Assembly: GCA_013265495.1 (NCBI GenBank)
Contig: MU058289.1
Coordinates: 1,671,451-1,735,450, forward strand
Length of the DNA: 64,000 nucleotides
Reading direction: 5' to 3'
DNA from: Vicugna vicugna
Taxonomy: Eukaryota
In this document: piece after piece, positions 1 through 13,350 of the stretch
Numbering within the stretch: the stretch's first letter is position 1
Layout: each line of letters begins with the position of its first letter
Position numbers and translations under genes: made by a program
The notes under the pieces: generated by a model
Told to the model about the DNA's origin: nothing
The model's database searches: none
Seen by the model: the letters and a program-made list of their open reading frames with translations, nothing else

Positions 1-377
1 TCCAATTCTAGTTACTCTATTATATCTGTGTGTGGAACTCCCATATTGCTTTTTTTCTATTAAAAAAAGCACATGTCCAAAGAACTTGGTGGTTTAAATA
101 AACTTACAGGAAATTTTTATTATTACATTAGATTTTTTAGAAAGTTTTCTTTATGCATGAAGTAATATTAAAATTAGTATAATATTTAAATATTCTAGAG
201 CCCATCTTTTATAGAAATTATCCCCTTTTGTATATGCCTGTTTGTTTATATGTGTACATGTATGCCTGTATGTTATATGTATGCAAATATATTTAAATTT
301 ATATGTTTGAAATAGACACATACACACACAGAGCCTATTGGTGGGAGTGAGAAACTCTTAGGAACTTTAAATGCCAC

Positions 378-829
378 TGCACTGGGTTGAATTGTGTCCT
401 GTCAAAAGATATGTTTAAGTCCTAACCCGTCTTACCTGTGAATATGACCTTATTTGAAAATAGGTCATAGATATAATTAAATTAACATGAAGTCATACTG
501 AATTAAAGTGGGCCCTGACCAGTAGCTAGCGTCCTTCTAAGCGGGAAATCTGCACTCAGAGAGACAGACAGAGGGAAGAAAGTGTAGATGTAAGTGGAGA
601 CTGGAGTTGTGCTGCCCCAGCCAAGGACCACCAAGGATTGCCAGCAACCACTAGAAGCTAGAAGAGACAAACAAGGACTCTTCTTGAGAGACCTTGGCAG
701 GAGTGTGGCCCTGCTAACACCTTGAATTTGAACTTCTAGCCCCTGGAACTATGAGAGAATAACACTTTTGTTGGTTTAGGCTTACCAGTTTGTGGTACTT
801 TGTTACAGCAGCCGTCGGAAATTAATTTA
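378..829 (+). mobile_element. MaLR solo LTR, MLT1C/MLT1B-like
   Basis: Starts tgcactgggttgaattgtgtcc..aagatatgtttaagtcctaaccc, contains ccaaggattgccagcaaccactagaagctag and ends tttgtggtactttgttacagcagcc..aatta. 5-bp TSD gccac at 373-377 and 830-834. Confidence 0.85.
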
Positions 830-1094
830 GCCACCTTACCAAAGTTGTTGCCAGCTGTGCCAAAAACATTCAGGTGGAGAAAGCCACTAGGAATTTAGGG
901 GACAGGCAAAGACAAGTGATATATGTTTGGTAACTGCATGAATTCCCCCCTATTTTTCTACTGGATTGTGTTTCTTATTTATGTGTAGGAACTCTATGAT
1001 TTCTGGATATTAATCTTCTGTTTATGGAAGCATAGTCAATTACTTCATTTTGTATTGTGTCTAAACGTGGGTAACCTAGTGATCAGAATAGCAG

Positions 1095-1340
1095 AAATTA
1101 CGAATATGGTTTCTGGAGTCAGAATCCCCGTGTTGTATTGGCACTTCTCATTTTTTTAGCTGTATTTTTTAGCTTGGAAAAATTATTAACGTCTGTAAGT
1201 GCCATTTTCCTTCTCTGTAAAATAGGGATATACCTATCTTATGGAGTTTGGGATGATTAAATGGAATAACTCTGGTAAAATACTTGTTAGTGTCTGATAC
1301 ATATTCAATATTTGATAACATATTTGCTATAATTAATATT
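1095..1340 (+). mobile_element. MIR SINE (degraded)
   Basis: tctggagtcaga... and MIR core cattttccttctctgtaaaatagggat...gatgattaaatggaataa. Confidence 0.7.
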
Positions 1341-1825
1341 GTTATAATTTCTCTCACAAACTTTATGTCAAAAATTCCTTTGGTCAGTATTTTTTTAAAA
1401 TATTTTTCATTAAGTGTTTTGTTTAACATTTATTAAGAAGTTCTAACTAAAAAATGAGTAGAATACAGGAACAATTTGAGAAATAGCTCCTTCAAAAATG
1501 GTGAAATTTAGGAAATTTTTTCCTCTAATAAGTATTACAATAGCTACAAATTCTGTCTCAGATCTGACAAATTAAAAATAATAGCTATTTGAGCTTGTTG
1601 TATATGTATTTGTATATGTATATATAGTCACACCAAGATGTAAACTTTATTTATGTGAGAAAACTTAAACATTATTTCCCTGTCTTTAAAATAACCTCTT
1701 TCAGATTTTGTTTTTAGCTCAATGGTGATACAAGGTTACTTATATTTACTCCTTTGAATTTTTCTGTTGAATTTGCACATGTAATTCCTGTATGTGTAAC
1801 CATCAGAAACTCCTTCCTAAACTGT

Positions 1826-2183
1826 ATTTTTTTGTATATATATATTTATTGAAGTATAGTCAGTTTACAATGTTGTGTCAGTTTCTAGTGTACAGCATAA
1901 TGCTTCAGTCATACATGAACATACATATATTTGTTTTCATATTGTTTTTCACCATAGATTACTACAAGAAATTCAATATAGCTCCCTGTGCTATACAGTA
2001 TGAACTTGCTGTTTATCTGTTTTATATATGTTAGTTAGTATCTGCAAATCTCAAGCTCCCGATTTATCCCTTCCCACCCCCTTCCCCCACTGGTGACCAT
2101 AAGTTTGTTTTCTATATCTGTGAGTTTCTGTTTTGTAAATAAGTTTGTTTGTCTTTTTTTAGATTCCACATATAAGTGATATC
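1826..2183 (-). mobile_element. L1 3' end, artiodactyl/camelid-type, 5'-truncated
   Basis: T-tract, then ttgaagtatagtcagtttacaatgttgtgtc...ccctgtgctatacagta...agattccacatataagtgatatc. The same sequence recurs many times in the window. Confidence 0.9.
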
Positions 2184-2317
2184 CCAAATTGTTTTCTTGA
2201 CGTACTTTTATGCACAGATAAGATGTTCAATATATTGGTAGTTATTGCCAGCTTCTTTGTTAATGTTGCCATTTGTTATTCATAAAAATTGTTTCACATT
2301 TTATTTTATCAAAAAAA

Positions 2318-2420
2318 TTTTTATTGAAGCACAGTCAATTACAATAGGTCAACTTCTGGTGTACAGCACAATGTCCCAGTCATGCATATACACACATATA
2401 TTCATTTTCAGATTACATTT
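2318..2420 (-). mobile_element. Very short L1 3' end
   Basis: ttttattgaagcacagtcaattaca..ctggtgtacagcacaatgtcccagtcatgcatata matches the copy at 19905. Confidence 0.75.
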
Positions 2421-3929
2421 TAAAAGACTTCTATAATGTGTAACGTATGTAGCATCACTCTTATTTTTATTCTTCTTACCAAAACCAATAGAAATTTTCT
2501 TGTGAAAAAGATCATTGGTTTATTTTCTAGAAACCCTTTCCCAGCAAAACTCTTTAAAATACTTTTTTTTTTTTCAGAGAGACAGATGAATGTAGTACCT
2601 GGAGAGATTCTATATGATGTGACTTGGCTAAGACAGACTGTAGTGACATTACTTAGTATTTTTCAGGTACAGTAGGGAAGGTGTCCACAACATATTCCAG
2701 TAAGATCTTGTGGGATTTTGTGTTCAGATTTTTGTAAGCCAGAAACAAGTCCCTGAAGGTAGTGGTATTTATATTTAAGAAAGGCTTTTCTTTTTTCTTT
2801 TTGTACGTTAATAAATATGGAATGACCTCGACACCAGAGGGCAGTATTTTATAGTAGTTGCCAAAATGTCCTCCTAATCTGTGTAATTATCTGATGGTTT
2901 AAAAAAGATGTCTTACATATGTTTAGTGTTTTTCCCCGTGCTGCTATAAACTGCACCTGCTCCTGAGAGTCATAATGACGCAAAAATTTCATAAACCACA
3001 AGTTTTTTGTTTTCTGTTTTTAAATCATTCTGTTTTGTGGAGTTAAACCCCCCTGACTTAATTTTCACAGGAAACTGTGGCATTCCCAGTGGTTAGAGAT
3101 GGTTGGTAGGGATGAGCGGCTTTCACGTGGTACCACGTGCCCCCAGACCCAGGTCCAAAGGAGGTCTTGCATGGTTAGGGAGTGAAATCAGGTTCATTTG
3201 CAGCCAGCAGACTTGGTTTGGCTTCAGGGATGGTCAGAATTTGTGAATTTTGTTCCAGAAGAATATCCTGATCTTACTGAGAAGAGGATGTACTTTTCCT
3301 CCAGAAGCTTTTATTAAAATTTACTTAATGCACATTTATACTTTCTGTAGTTTAAAAGCAACAGATGGCAGTGCAGACATTTCAATATGCTACATTTGGT
3401 TCTCCGTCTCCTTTTGTTTGCTAGTTCCCATTCAATATATCCATGTATTGAATTTTTAAAAATACTTTCCTACTCTTCTGGCATTCTTGTTAAAACAGGG
3501 AAGAATATTTATATTGACCAGGTGATTTCTATTTTCTCTCTTTAAAAAAGGTTTTCCCTGCTTGCTCCACATCTAATATATATTCATTGTGGCAAATAAA
3601 TATGGCAAAAGAAGAAAATAAAGAACACTTGTAATATCATAGGATTTTATTATATATACTCTCTACTTTTCAATTTTTCTTTTTTAAAAATACGGAAGAG
3701 ACATGCTCTTTTATAATTTGTAATTTTCACATAATGCAATAAGCATCCTGCAGAATATTTGCACATCATCACTTTGCATGATTATTTAGTATTTTATAGT
3801 ATGAGTATATATGGTTCATTAAATCAGTTTTCCCTCCTATCAGCAGTACATGAGAGTCCAAGTTATTCACACTCTCGCCTACTGTGGATATTATTATTAT
3901 TTAAAAAACCCAAACTTTGTTAATCTGGT

Positions 3930-4200
3930 GTATTCATTCAACAGGTATGTACTGATTGCTGACCATGTACCAGGGATTATTCTCAGTGGGACAGATGAGT
4001 GACAGAGGACAATCCCTGACGTCATGAAAGTTATATTCTAGTGGAACAAACATATATAGTAGATGTAGTAAGTGAGTAAATCATTTAGATTTTAGAAAGC
4101 AGGAAATGCTCTAGAGAAAAGAACCCGAGCATGTGAAGGAGATAGGAGTGAAGAGGGTGCAGTTTTAGTTCAAGAAGTTGGGGTAAGCCTCGTGGAACAG
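3930..4200 (-). mobile_element. L2 3' end
   Basis: attcattcaacaggtatgtactgattgc..atgtaccagg..tatattctagtgg, a typical antisense L2 3' end. Confidence 0.7.
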
Positions 4201-4359
4201 TGATGTCATAACTCTTGACTGAAGCAACAGATATTTCAGTTTGCATTTTTGTGATTACTAAGGCCGATCATTCATTTCGTAGGTTTATTCTGATGTGTAT
4301 TGTCTGTTCATGTCCTGTGTCCATTTTTCTGATTGGGATGTTAGGCTTTTTGATGTTTT

Positions 4360-5520
4360 TAAAAACCCTTTTCCCTTGGAAATAATTTCACACTTACAGA
4401 AAAGTTGCAGCTCTGGATCTAATACAAAGAACACCTGCATACAATCCACCCAGATTCACATATTATCAGCATTTTGCCCATTTTCTCTTTATTATCAATT
4501 CTCTATATGTCTAATTTTTTTCCTGAACCATGTGAAAATAAAGTTGCCTATATCTAAATACTTTATGTATATTACCTAAGAATAAGAATGTTCTTTTACG
4601 TTACCATTAGTGTAATGATCAACTTCAATATATTTGCATAATCCTTTAATCTACTATCAGCATTCCACTTTTGTCAATTGATCCAATAACATTCTTTGCA
4701 ATATTGTTTTCCTCCCAGACAAGGTCCAGTCTAGATCAGATATTGCATTTAGCTGTCATGTCTCCTTAGACTCCTCTAATCTGGCGACTTCCACAGTTCT
4801 TGTCTTTTATGATAGTGACATTTTAAAAAAGAATATTATTGTCTTAGTCCGTTTGGGCTGCTATAACAAAATACCACAGACGAGGTGGCTTGTAAACAAC
4901 AGAAATTTCTTTCTTGCATTTCTGGACGCTGCAAATCCAAGACTAGGGTGCCGGCATGGTCTGGTTCTGGTGAAGGCCCTCTTCCAGGCTGCACGCTGCA
5001 GACTTCTTTGCTGGGTCCTCACATGGTTGGAAGGATCCTATTCATGAGATCCAGCTATTGTGGTCCCTTCATGTTTTCTAGTTGGTAGTTGGCATCCTTC
5101 CTTCTCTCCTATCTGTCTGTCTCTTCATCCATCATCCATCTATCCTTCTATTATCTATCTACCTGTCTATCTATCCTCATTCGTATGTACTCAAGAATTT
5201 CTATTTTTCAAGGATTTATAATTCATTTGTATTTCTCATTTTTGTGCTCAAATTGTCCCAGATTTGGACTATGGGAACCCCTTCAATCTGGGTCCTATGT
5301 CTTTGTGAGCTTCTACCATTTTAGGGCATCATCCCCTTACTTTCTGATCTACAAAGATATTCCAGGATCATCATGCTTCTTCTCAGTCCTAGAATTCATT
5401 AATTTCTTCAAGGATCCATGATTCTTTTTAATGTGGGATGGTCTTAGCAACCAGGTTATGGACACTATGTGTACTCATTGCTACTGGGATGTTTTGCCCT
5501 TTCAGTGGACATTGCTAGGA
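4360..5520 (-). mobile_element. Old L1MC/L1MD-type 3' UTR fragments, interrupted by an MLT1 piece
   Basis: ggaaataatttcacacttacagaaaagttgca; gcatttagctgtcatgtctccttag; tgctcaaattgtcccagatttgg. Confidence 0.6.
4840..5040 (-). mobile_element. MaLR LTR fragment (MLT1A/B-like)
   Basis: tgtcttagtccgtttgggctgctataacaaaataccacagac..ggcttgtaaacaacagaaattt...ggttctggtgaaggccctcttccagg. Confidence 0.8.
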
Positions 5521-6319
5521 AATATGAGGATGTATATACACATACACATACATGTACACACATATATGCATATATACATTTTTATTGAGTTCTTTATATA
5601 TGTATATGGAATATAATAGAATCTCATATATTAGAAGGAACCTTCCCAGTTTATAATTTGTGCTTCAGTTTTTCTTGTTATTTTGTTTATAATGTTTTGA
5701 AGTATAAAGTTTTGCTGTAGTTTTCTTTTCTTTCTTTATGTTTCTGCTCTTGGTACTGATCTAAGATTCTACAAATATTCATGTATTTTGATCTTTTCAT
5801 TAAAAAAAAAGTAAATCTCTAATTCACCTGCAATTATTTTTGCATGTGGAGTGACATAAAAAAATTCTTTTCTTCTGTGTATCTAACAGGTTGTGTTAAT
5901 AGCATTAATTAAGTATTTCGTGCTATTTCTGCTTATTGGCAATATCAGTTTTATCATATTTGTATGGGTGTATGTTTCACCATGTGTGCATACACACACA
6001 CACAACACTCACGTATACTTGGGTTTGATTTTTAGATTTTTAAATTCTCTTCTATTGATCTGTTTTGTCCTGGGTCATTACCACATTGTATTAAAATTTC
6101 TAGCTTTATAGTGTTTTAATGTCTGCAAAGTAAAATTCACATTCACTTGTTTTACCATTGAGCCATTCATCATACTTGTTGAGTACTTACTATATGCCAG
6201 GCTTTGTTCTAGGCACAGATGAAATGATGCTGATCAACATGGTCACCCTCTCACAGGTCTTAGAGAAGCATACAGGCAGACACAGGTGTAGTTACAACGC
6301 TGCCTGATCAGCGGTTCAT

Positions 6320-6814
6320 TACTTTCCTGGTAGACTTTCTTCACTGACTTCTGAACACCACTCACCTGGTTTTCCTTCTGCCTTACTGGCCACTTCCTTT
6401 GCTACTTTCTATTTACTTTCCCATCTCTAAATGCTGGAGTCCTCCAAGAGGACCTCCTTTGGGTCTGTGTTTTCTCTATCTTCTCTTAATCCTTTGGCAA
6501 TCACATCATCTAATCTCAAGGTTTTAAATATCATGATGTCTATAATGGAAACTCTAAATTTATATCCCCTATTCAGACTTCTCTGAGCTCCAAACTTGTG
6601 TATCCACCTGCCTCCTTACATCTAAAACATTTCCAGCTAACATACCCCATTATTTTTTTAAACTATTTATGTATTTGCTTATATCCCACTAGCCTGCAAG
6701 TAACATAAAAGCAGAGTTTTTTTTTTTTATTGTATTCAAGGTTGTTTATACAGCTCCTAGCATAGTGCCTGGTGCATAGCAATTGCACCATAAATATTTG
6801 TTGAATGAATGAAT
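6320..6814 (+). mobile_element. L2 (L2a-like), ORF2 remnant and 3' end
   Basis: tctaaatgctggagtcctccaag...ctctgagctcca... and the terminus atatttgttgaatgaatgaat. Confidence 0.75.
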
Positions 6815-7406
6815 GGCCTAAGTATTCCAATGGATGTTGTCCTGATGTTTCTCCAATTTCTTACAATGAGTTTATTTCAAAGGGGTAATCCTACTTATTT
6901 TAAGCTACTGAACTTTTTATTCCCTGTTAATTTTTTGATTCATCCTTACAAAGGGAACTAAGTTTGGCCAGTGCTTAAATAATAATATGTTTGATCAGTT
7001 ATTATATTATGGGTCCCTGTTTCAGTTATTTCAGGTCAAGGTGAGAGGAGAAGAGAATAGTTGGGATTTGCTGGGGGTTTATTTTTTCCAGACAGAGTTA
7101 TAATTGCCTGTGCGGAGTGAAAAGAGAGCTCACTTGGAAGCAGCCAAGGGCAGGGAACTTCCCTGTGGTGCTGAGGAGTTGTTGTTTTTCTCCCTTTTGT
7201 TACTGTTGTGGAAGTAGCGGCAGTAGGAATAACAACAATGAGGTCGGTAGCAACTGCTTGCATTTGTTGAGTGCTTCACCGAGTGCTGAGCGCTGTAATA
7301 GGGCTTTATATGCACCCTCTCACTTAGATCTTAATTATCTTACAAGCCAACTACTACTATTATTCCAACTTTATAGATGATAGATCTGAAACCTGGGTAA
7401 ATTAGG

Positions 7407-7921
7407 TGATGCAGAAGCCAGCCTCCATGATGGTCCCCAATGATCTCTGCCTCCTGGTATTTGCATGCTTGTGTGGTCCCCTCCCACATTATACCAGGCT
7501 GGTCTCCAGGACCAACAGCACAGAAGAAGTGAGGGTATGTTTCTTCTGAGATTAGGTTATAAAAGACTATGGTTTCCTTCTTGGGCACCCTCTTCCATGC
7601 TCTCTCTCTCTGTTTTTCTCAGTGATCACCTGTCCTAGGGAAGGCATTAAAAGGATACTCAGGCAGCCTGTAGAGAGGGCCACGGGGTAAAGAACACTGC
7701 CCAACAGCCAGCAAGGAGTTGCAACCTGCCAACAAGCACAGGAATGATTTTGGAAGTGAGTCTCCAGCCCCATTTGAGCTTTCAGATGGCTGTAGCCCTG
7801 GCTGGCAGCTTGCCTGTGACCTTGTGAGGGGTCCTGAGCCCAAACCATTTGTGATAATGAGAGTTCTTTTAAGCCTCCAAATTTTGGCATAATGTGTTAC
7901 GCAGCAGTAGGTAATTCAATA
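7407..7921 (+). mobile_element. MaLR solo LTR (MLT1E/F-like) inserted into a minus-strand MIR (about 7240-7400 and 7925-8020)
   Basis: gatggtccccaatgatctctgcctcctggtatt..tgagattaggttataaaagact..ccttcag-like atggctgtagccctggc..ttacgcagcagtaggtaa. Flanked by tagg on both sides. Confidence 0.8.
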
Positions 7922-8290
7922 TAGGTAACTTGTTCATGAGCACACTGTTGATAAGTAGTGGAGCTAAAACTTGAACCTGGGTTTGTTAGACATCAGAATC
8001 TGAGTTCTTGACCACTGGGCTCTCTTGCCATGGGGATAGCTACAGTATCCAGCCCTCTTAACCTGGGCCCATTGAGAACTGCAGCTGAGTCCTGGGGTTT
8101 GCTGTGGCCTGTGGGACTCAGAACTGACCCCATGACCTTCTAAGGGCATCTTTCCCTCATTCTGAGTATGGATTAGGCTTTTTGCCTATTTAAAATCCCC
8201 TGAATAATTTCTATACACGTCTGTGGAGAGCACATTTAAGATAAGTTGTGACCTCCACTTAAACTGGATGTACAGACTTCCTATTTAGAC

Positions 8291-8972
8291 CAGGATTTGG
8301 CAAACTTTTCTGTAAAGGGTTACACAATAATCATTTAAGGCTTTGTGAGTTAATAGAGTTTTAAAAAATGCGGTCTTGACTGAGTTTTCAGGCCCTGGCT
8401 AGGGGCTGGTCATTTCCTTTTCTTGGATAGCCTTTTAAGTTCATGCCCCCAGCTACCTCCCTTAAGGGGCTCTCACATTCTGTGTAACTATATAGCCACC
8501 CAGGGCCAGATCCTTGACAATCAAGGATAGCCCCAATGCCCCAGAGCCCTCTGAAATGATTCAGATTAGCCAATCTTAAGCCCAGTTACTCTGTGTCATC
8601 CTTTTCTTTCTGTGGAAACCACCACAAAGATGCTTGACCACAGTTCCCCTTGTCCCTCTGCCTTGCGATTGACCCTGGTGCTTCCCCTGAGTGGCTCCCC
8701 TCCAGGGAACTCCAAGTAACAAATTGCAAAACTCTTTTCAGTTTCTCTCCTGATCTGCATCTGGTCTCACCATATCTCACCAAAGGAAATATGATTGAAA
8801 CACCAGGCCGTATGGTTGGTTTTGGTCACAGCAACTCAACTCTGTCAGTGTGGTACCAAAACAGCCAGGACAATGCGTGAATGGTGGGTGTGATTGTGTT
8901 CCAATAAAACTTTATTTATAAAAATAGGTGGTGGGTCACATTTCGCCTACGGGCTATGGTTTGCTGATCCCT
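8291..8972 (+). mobile_element. MER58A-like hAT-Charlie MITE split by an LTR
   Basis: 5' end ggcaaacttttctgtaaaggg; 3' part gtgttccaataaaactttatttataaaaataggtgg..tttgctgatccc. Confidence 0.8.
8345..8802 (+). mobile_element. ERVL-type LTR, MER74-like
   Basis: gccccagagccctctgaaatgattcagattagccaatc..ggaaaccacca..gaccctggtgcttcccc..ctcctgatctg..ctcaccata; ends ...aaaca. Confidence 0.7.
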
Positions 8973-9174
8973 CCTTTAAAGCATCCTTATGGATGTTGAT
9001 TTTTCTGATCAATGGGTAACACTAAAGAAAGTTTCATATATATTAGTTAATTAGTAAAACTTTTCAAGCTGTCAGTTAGATGACACTGAACGACTCTTGT
9101 AAAAACTTGAAAGGCACTTTGTACCCTGTGAACAGTTTCAGCTCTGACACCCACCTGTCTATGTTGTAGTCCAT

Positions 9175-9682
9175 TGTCTGCTTAAAGGAAAACATACAAC
9201 ATAAGAGTTGTGAGTTTAAGTTTTATTCAGGGTCTTACTGAGAACTATAGCCCAGGAAGCAGTCTGAGAAACTGTTCTGAAGAGGCAGGGAAGGAGCCAG
9301 GATATATATATATTTTATATATATATATATATAAAATCATATATATATGATTTTTTTGGGCTAGGAAATATGTGTAGTCAAGCATACATCTTGGTAAAAG
9401 ATTACTGCTAATCACAAAGAACAGATATCTCAAGTGAATGATTTTAATGCTTTTCTACTTATGGGAAGATGCAAGAATCTGGGGGTCATTGAAATTCTTC
9501 CTGAGATATGCATGTAACTGTCTAGGGGCCCGTTTTTTTCCAAAGCACAGAGTATCTCATCCTGTTTTTTCATCCTGAATTACTTTCAGGGTGCAGTGTC
9601 CCTGAGAGACTGCTGTGGGTTGCAACTTAACCCTTGTATAACTGGATGATGAGTGGCACTCTTTGTTCTTTTTTTGTTCACA
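9175..9682 (-). mobile_element. ERV1-type solo LTR (MER41-like family seen in laurasiatherians)
   Basis: TG...CA ends. 4-bp TSD ccat (9171-9174) and ccgt (9683-9686), differing by a CpG transition. Minus-strand AATAAA and TATA-like tract. Contains atgggaagatgcaagaatctggg. Confidence 0.8.
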
Positions 9683-9739
9683 CCGTCATCATAGTATTAC
9701 ATTTCACATGCTTTTAGAATGACAGTAATAAAAATGTAA

Positions 9740-9950
9740 GCACCATACGAGAAAGCTGATTTATGCCAGCTTTTGTGACAAATTCTTTTATATTCATTAT
9801 CATTGTTCATTCTCCCAAGGACAACTGTATCTTCCCATTTTACAGATGACAAAACTAAGGCTTAGAGAAGTCCAAGAGACTCCACCTGCTAAATGCAGAG
9901 GTGGCAGCTAATTCAGGTAGTCTGACTTACAAAATCACGTTCTTAGCCCA
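9740..9950 (-). mobile_element. MIR SINE
   Basis: cccattttacagatgacaaaactaaggcttagagaag..caggtagtctgact. Confidence 0.7.
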
Positions 9951-11511
9951 GTAATGCAATTACATTTCTGAGATTCCCTTACCTCCTTTAAAGCACGTCA
10001 AAGCCATCCTTTTAAAATGTCTGTTGGCTTCAATTATAATTATTTAACACATTATTTCTTTCATTAAATAACTTTTAATTTTAAGTGTCCCCAAAAGGAT
10101 AGACATACTTTTTTCATAATTGGATGTTGTACAAAGTGACAGGATTGATTCTTGCATTCATTCTAGTTCATGATAGAATATATTAGTTTAGTTGGAATTG
10201 TTAATTTTCCCTCGGGGAGAATCAAGTGCCTAAGGCACTGATTGATAAATCAATAAATCTTTAGTGAGTCTGGTAAATCAACTGTCACACATATGTCAAC
10301 CTTTCCTCCAGAGTATAGATTTTATCCAGGACCAGTGTGCCTGTTCCTTTCTGTTGTTTTCTCCCTCAAAATATACTAAGGTATTTAAACAAATCCCTAA
10401 GATTGCAAGCTTTTTTCCCCTTTTGAAAATAAGTAGCAATAGGGATCATGCTTTTTGTAGCTATCTTAGGGAAAGAACTCCGTTGTTTGCATATTTGCAT
10501 TTCAACCCCTAACCTCTCCCGAGGACAAATGGCTGTCTGACTATTAGGCCCGCAGGCGCAGCACTGGGACTGTGGATTAAGCCTCTGAATGCTGACTAGT
10601 TTCCCGCAGCACTCCCAGCATGTGTGAAGAATGTGTTTGTAGCTGGGAGGCAAACAGAACATCCAAAGCTGAACAAGAATTTTGAAAAATAGTTGTCTTA
10701 TGTATAAATTTATTTTGCTCTTAGTGTTTCATTCTCGCTTGTTTCATTATCCCTTATTTCGACTTTCTTTTAAAATAGCTTTAGTGTCATTTGATAGTCT
10801 CATGACCGAAGTTTTGGTCACTTGTTTGTTGAATGCTGCTGTCTTGATTTTTCAATGTTCTTTGTTTCTTTATTATTTGAATACCAAGCTACTGATGGGT
10901 GGCTCAGATATTCCCCCCCCTCCCCCGGTACAGAAGGCCTGGTGATTTCCAACAAGATGTCTGTGTGGCCTTCCATCTATACAGATAAGGGCCCAGTTGG
11001 AAGCGTTGGCGGGTACTGGAAGGCAACAGCTTAGGTTTGTAGCACATATAATAGGAACAGCACAGCTCTGGGCTGTGGATTTATTTCTCTAAGTTTAAGT
11101 TATTATTGTGCCTATTTTCAGGTAAAAAACCCAAATGTATTCCCTCAACTGGCTCTTTATTCTTTTAGCATACTTGGAAGAAATGTGAACTACACGTAGG
11201 TTGAAAAAGCAAAACAAATCAATGAATTGGCACATTGACGTAAAGGGTCACCAATAGTAATTTATTGAGCACATTTTTGCAAGACTGACCTAGGGCAGGA
11301 GAGGCATGATCCCCCTGGGTAGAGTAAAACCCAGCCTCTACCCGCAGGAGCTCAAGATACAGGCTGGAGTAAGGAGCATGCCGGAGAATTTACCCATCAG
11401 GGAAAGAATCCTGTTTGAGAGGCTGTGGACAATGGAGCATTAGAGATGAACTTTGGAGGACTGATGGTATTTCAACAATGTAGCTACATTTATTATGGCT
11501 GTAAAAGCACA

Positions 11512-11575
11512 GGGGAGAGAGAATGAGAGAGAGAGACAGAGAGAGAGAGGGAGGGAGAGAGAGAGGAGAGATAGA
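11512..11575. repeat. Imperfect (GA)n purine microsatellite
   Basis: gagagagaatgagagagagagacagagagagagagggaggga... Confidence 0.85.
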
Positions 11576-12752
11576 AAGGCTCTCTGGGTCTGTCTGTCTA
11601 TCTGTTTTGTCTATTTGCTGTCACTTTGGGGAATAATTAGCCATTCCCTCCAGCTGGCAAAAGTGTAGGGAAGCAATGGGAGATGATTTTCTAAAAATAA
11701 TTTAAATTGAACTCTCACAATTCATTAGGTCTTTAGGAGAACAGCAATGTATATTTTCCTTTCATATGAAGTAAAATTATGTCCTTGTCTGTAGGGATGA
11801 TGATTCCACTTATTATAAAGTTAATGCTAAATCCATTGTTAGCTGTTTTGTAAATCGTAATGTGGCCGACACATAATAAGCTCTATGTTGTTAAAAAGTT
11901 AAAATAATGCTGCCCCCTAGGTCAGGGTCATGGTGTAAATTCCATCACACAGCCTGTGCTTTCTAAATCTCTTTATTCATTATTTGCCTGTACCTTTAAA
12001 CTGGGAATTGATCCCTAGACTGGGCCAAATGTCAGGATCAGCAGCAAGAAGTTTTAACTATATCATGGTTTTTTGAGAGGCAACTTCACTGTACTGTTTG
12101 AATAAGCAAAAATATTTCACTTATGGAGTAAGAAATGGATAAAATTGAATTGCCTTTCTACTAAAACTATTCTGCTAATTGGGATTTTTCTGTTATGTTA
12201 TATCATTAGAAAACACAATACATCATACTGCATACTCCTCATTTTTTGCTGCGTTAACATCAAGGGGTCAGGGAAATTAACTGAAGAAAAGAGAAATTTC
12301 AAAAATAGATGGGTTAAAACACGCTGTTTGTAAATGAAATGGATTAGAATTTTAAGGGGTGACCTTATTGGTTTGTAACTGGCCAATTATTTAGTAGCAT
12401 TCCCAAGAAATTGGTCATAATAACAGGATTGTAGCACACCTCTGGAATCTATCACAGTGGTATAGTATACAGATGAATTAACTGGGAAATTTTAAGAGTA
12501 AGATTCCCAGGTCTAAATTGTAGATGTTTTGATTCCATAACTCTGGGGTGAGACCCCTAAATCTGTTTTTTAAAAAACATTATCCCAGGTGATTGAGAAA
12601 AGGCTTCACTGGAACATAGGTGCTTTAACAAAAACCCATGTATAGTATTGAGCACCTGTTCATGGAACATGTATAGAGTTTGAATTGACAATGGTGGTGG
12701 GCTGTGTTAAGCGATGGTATAACCTCCCACAATGCTATAAGCTGAAATTCTT

Positions 12753-13350
12753 TTTTGAAAAATCTTTTATTGAAGTACAGTTGATTTACAACATTGTGTT
12801 AGTTTCTGGTGTATAGCAAAGTGATTCACGTCTGTGTATATATATATACGTATGTATTCTTTTTCAGATTCTTTTCTATTATAGTTTATTGCAAGATATT
12901 GAATATAGTTCCCTATACTATACAGTAGGACCTTCTTGTTTATCTATTTTATATATAGTAATTTGTATCTGCTAATCCCAAACTCCTAATTCATCCCTCC
13001 TATCCTCCTTTCCCCTTTGGTAACCATAAGTTTGTTTTCTGTCTGTGATGCTGTTTCTGTTTTGTAAATAAGTTCATTTGTCTCGTTTTTTAGATTCTAC
13101 TTATAAATGAGATCATATGGTATTTGTCTTTCTCTGTCTGATTTACTTCACTTAATATGATAATTTCTAGGTTCATCCACGTTGCTCCAAATGGCATGAT
13201 TTCATTGTTTTTTATGGCTGAGTAATATTTCATTGTATGTGTGTGCACACACACATGTGTGTGTGTGTATGTATATATCTCACATCTTCTTCATACATTC
13301 ATCTGTCAATGGACATTTAGGTATTTAGGTTGCTTCCATGTCTTGGCTAT
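12753..13350 (-). mobile_element. L1 3' end with TSD
   Basis: L1 3' UTR sequence. TSD tataagctgaaattctt (12736-12752) and tataaactgaaaatctt (13351-13367). Confidence 0.9.

Noticed and set aside
10934..11034. Candidate exon after a C-run, and an AG|GT site at 11121/11122
   Set aside because: Weak donor, a stop codon in each plus-strand frame, no supporting homology.
11908..11923. CTCF-like gctgccccctaggtca
   Set aside because: The 5' half of the core (CCAS) is missing.
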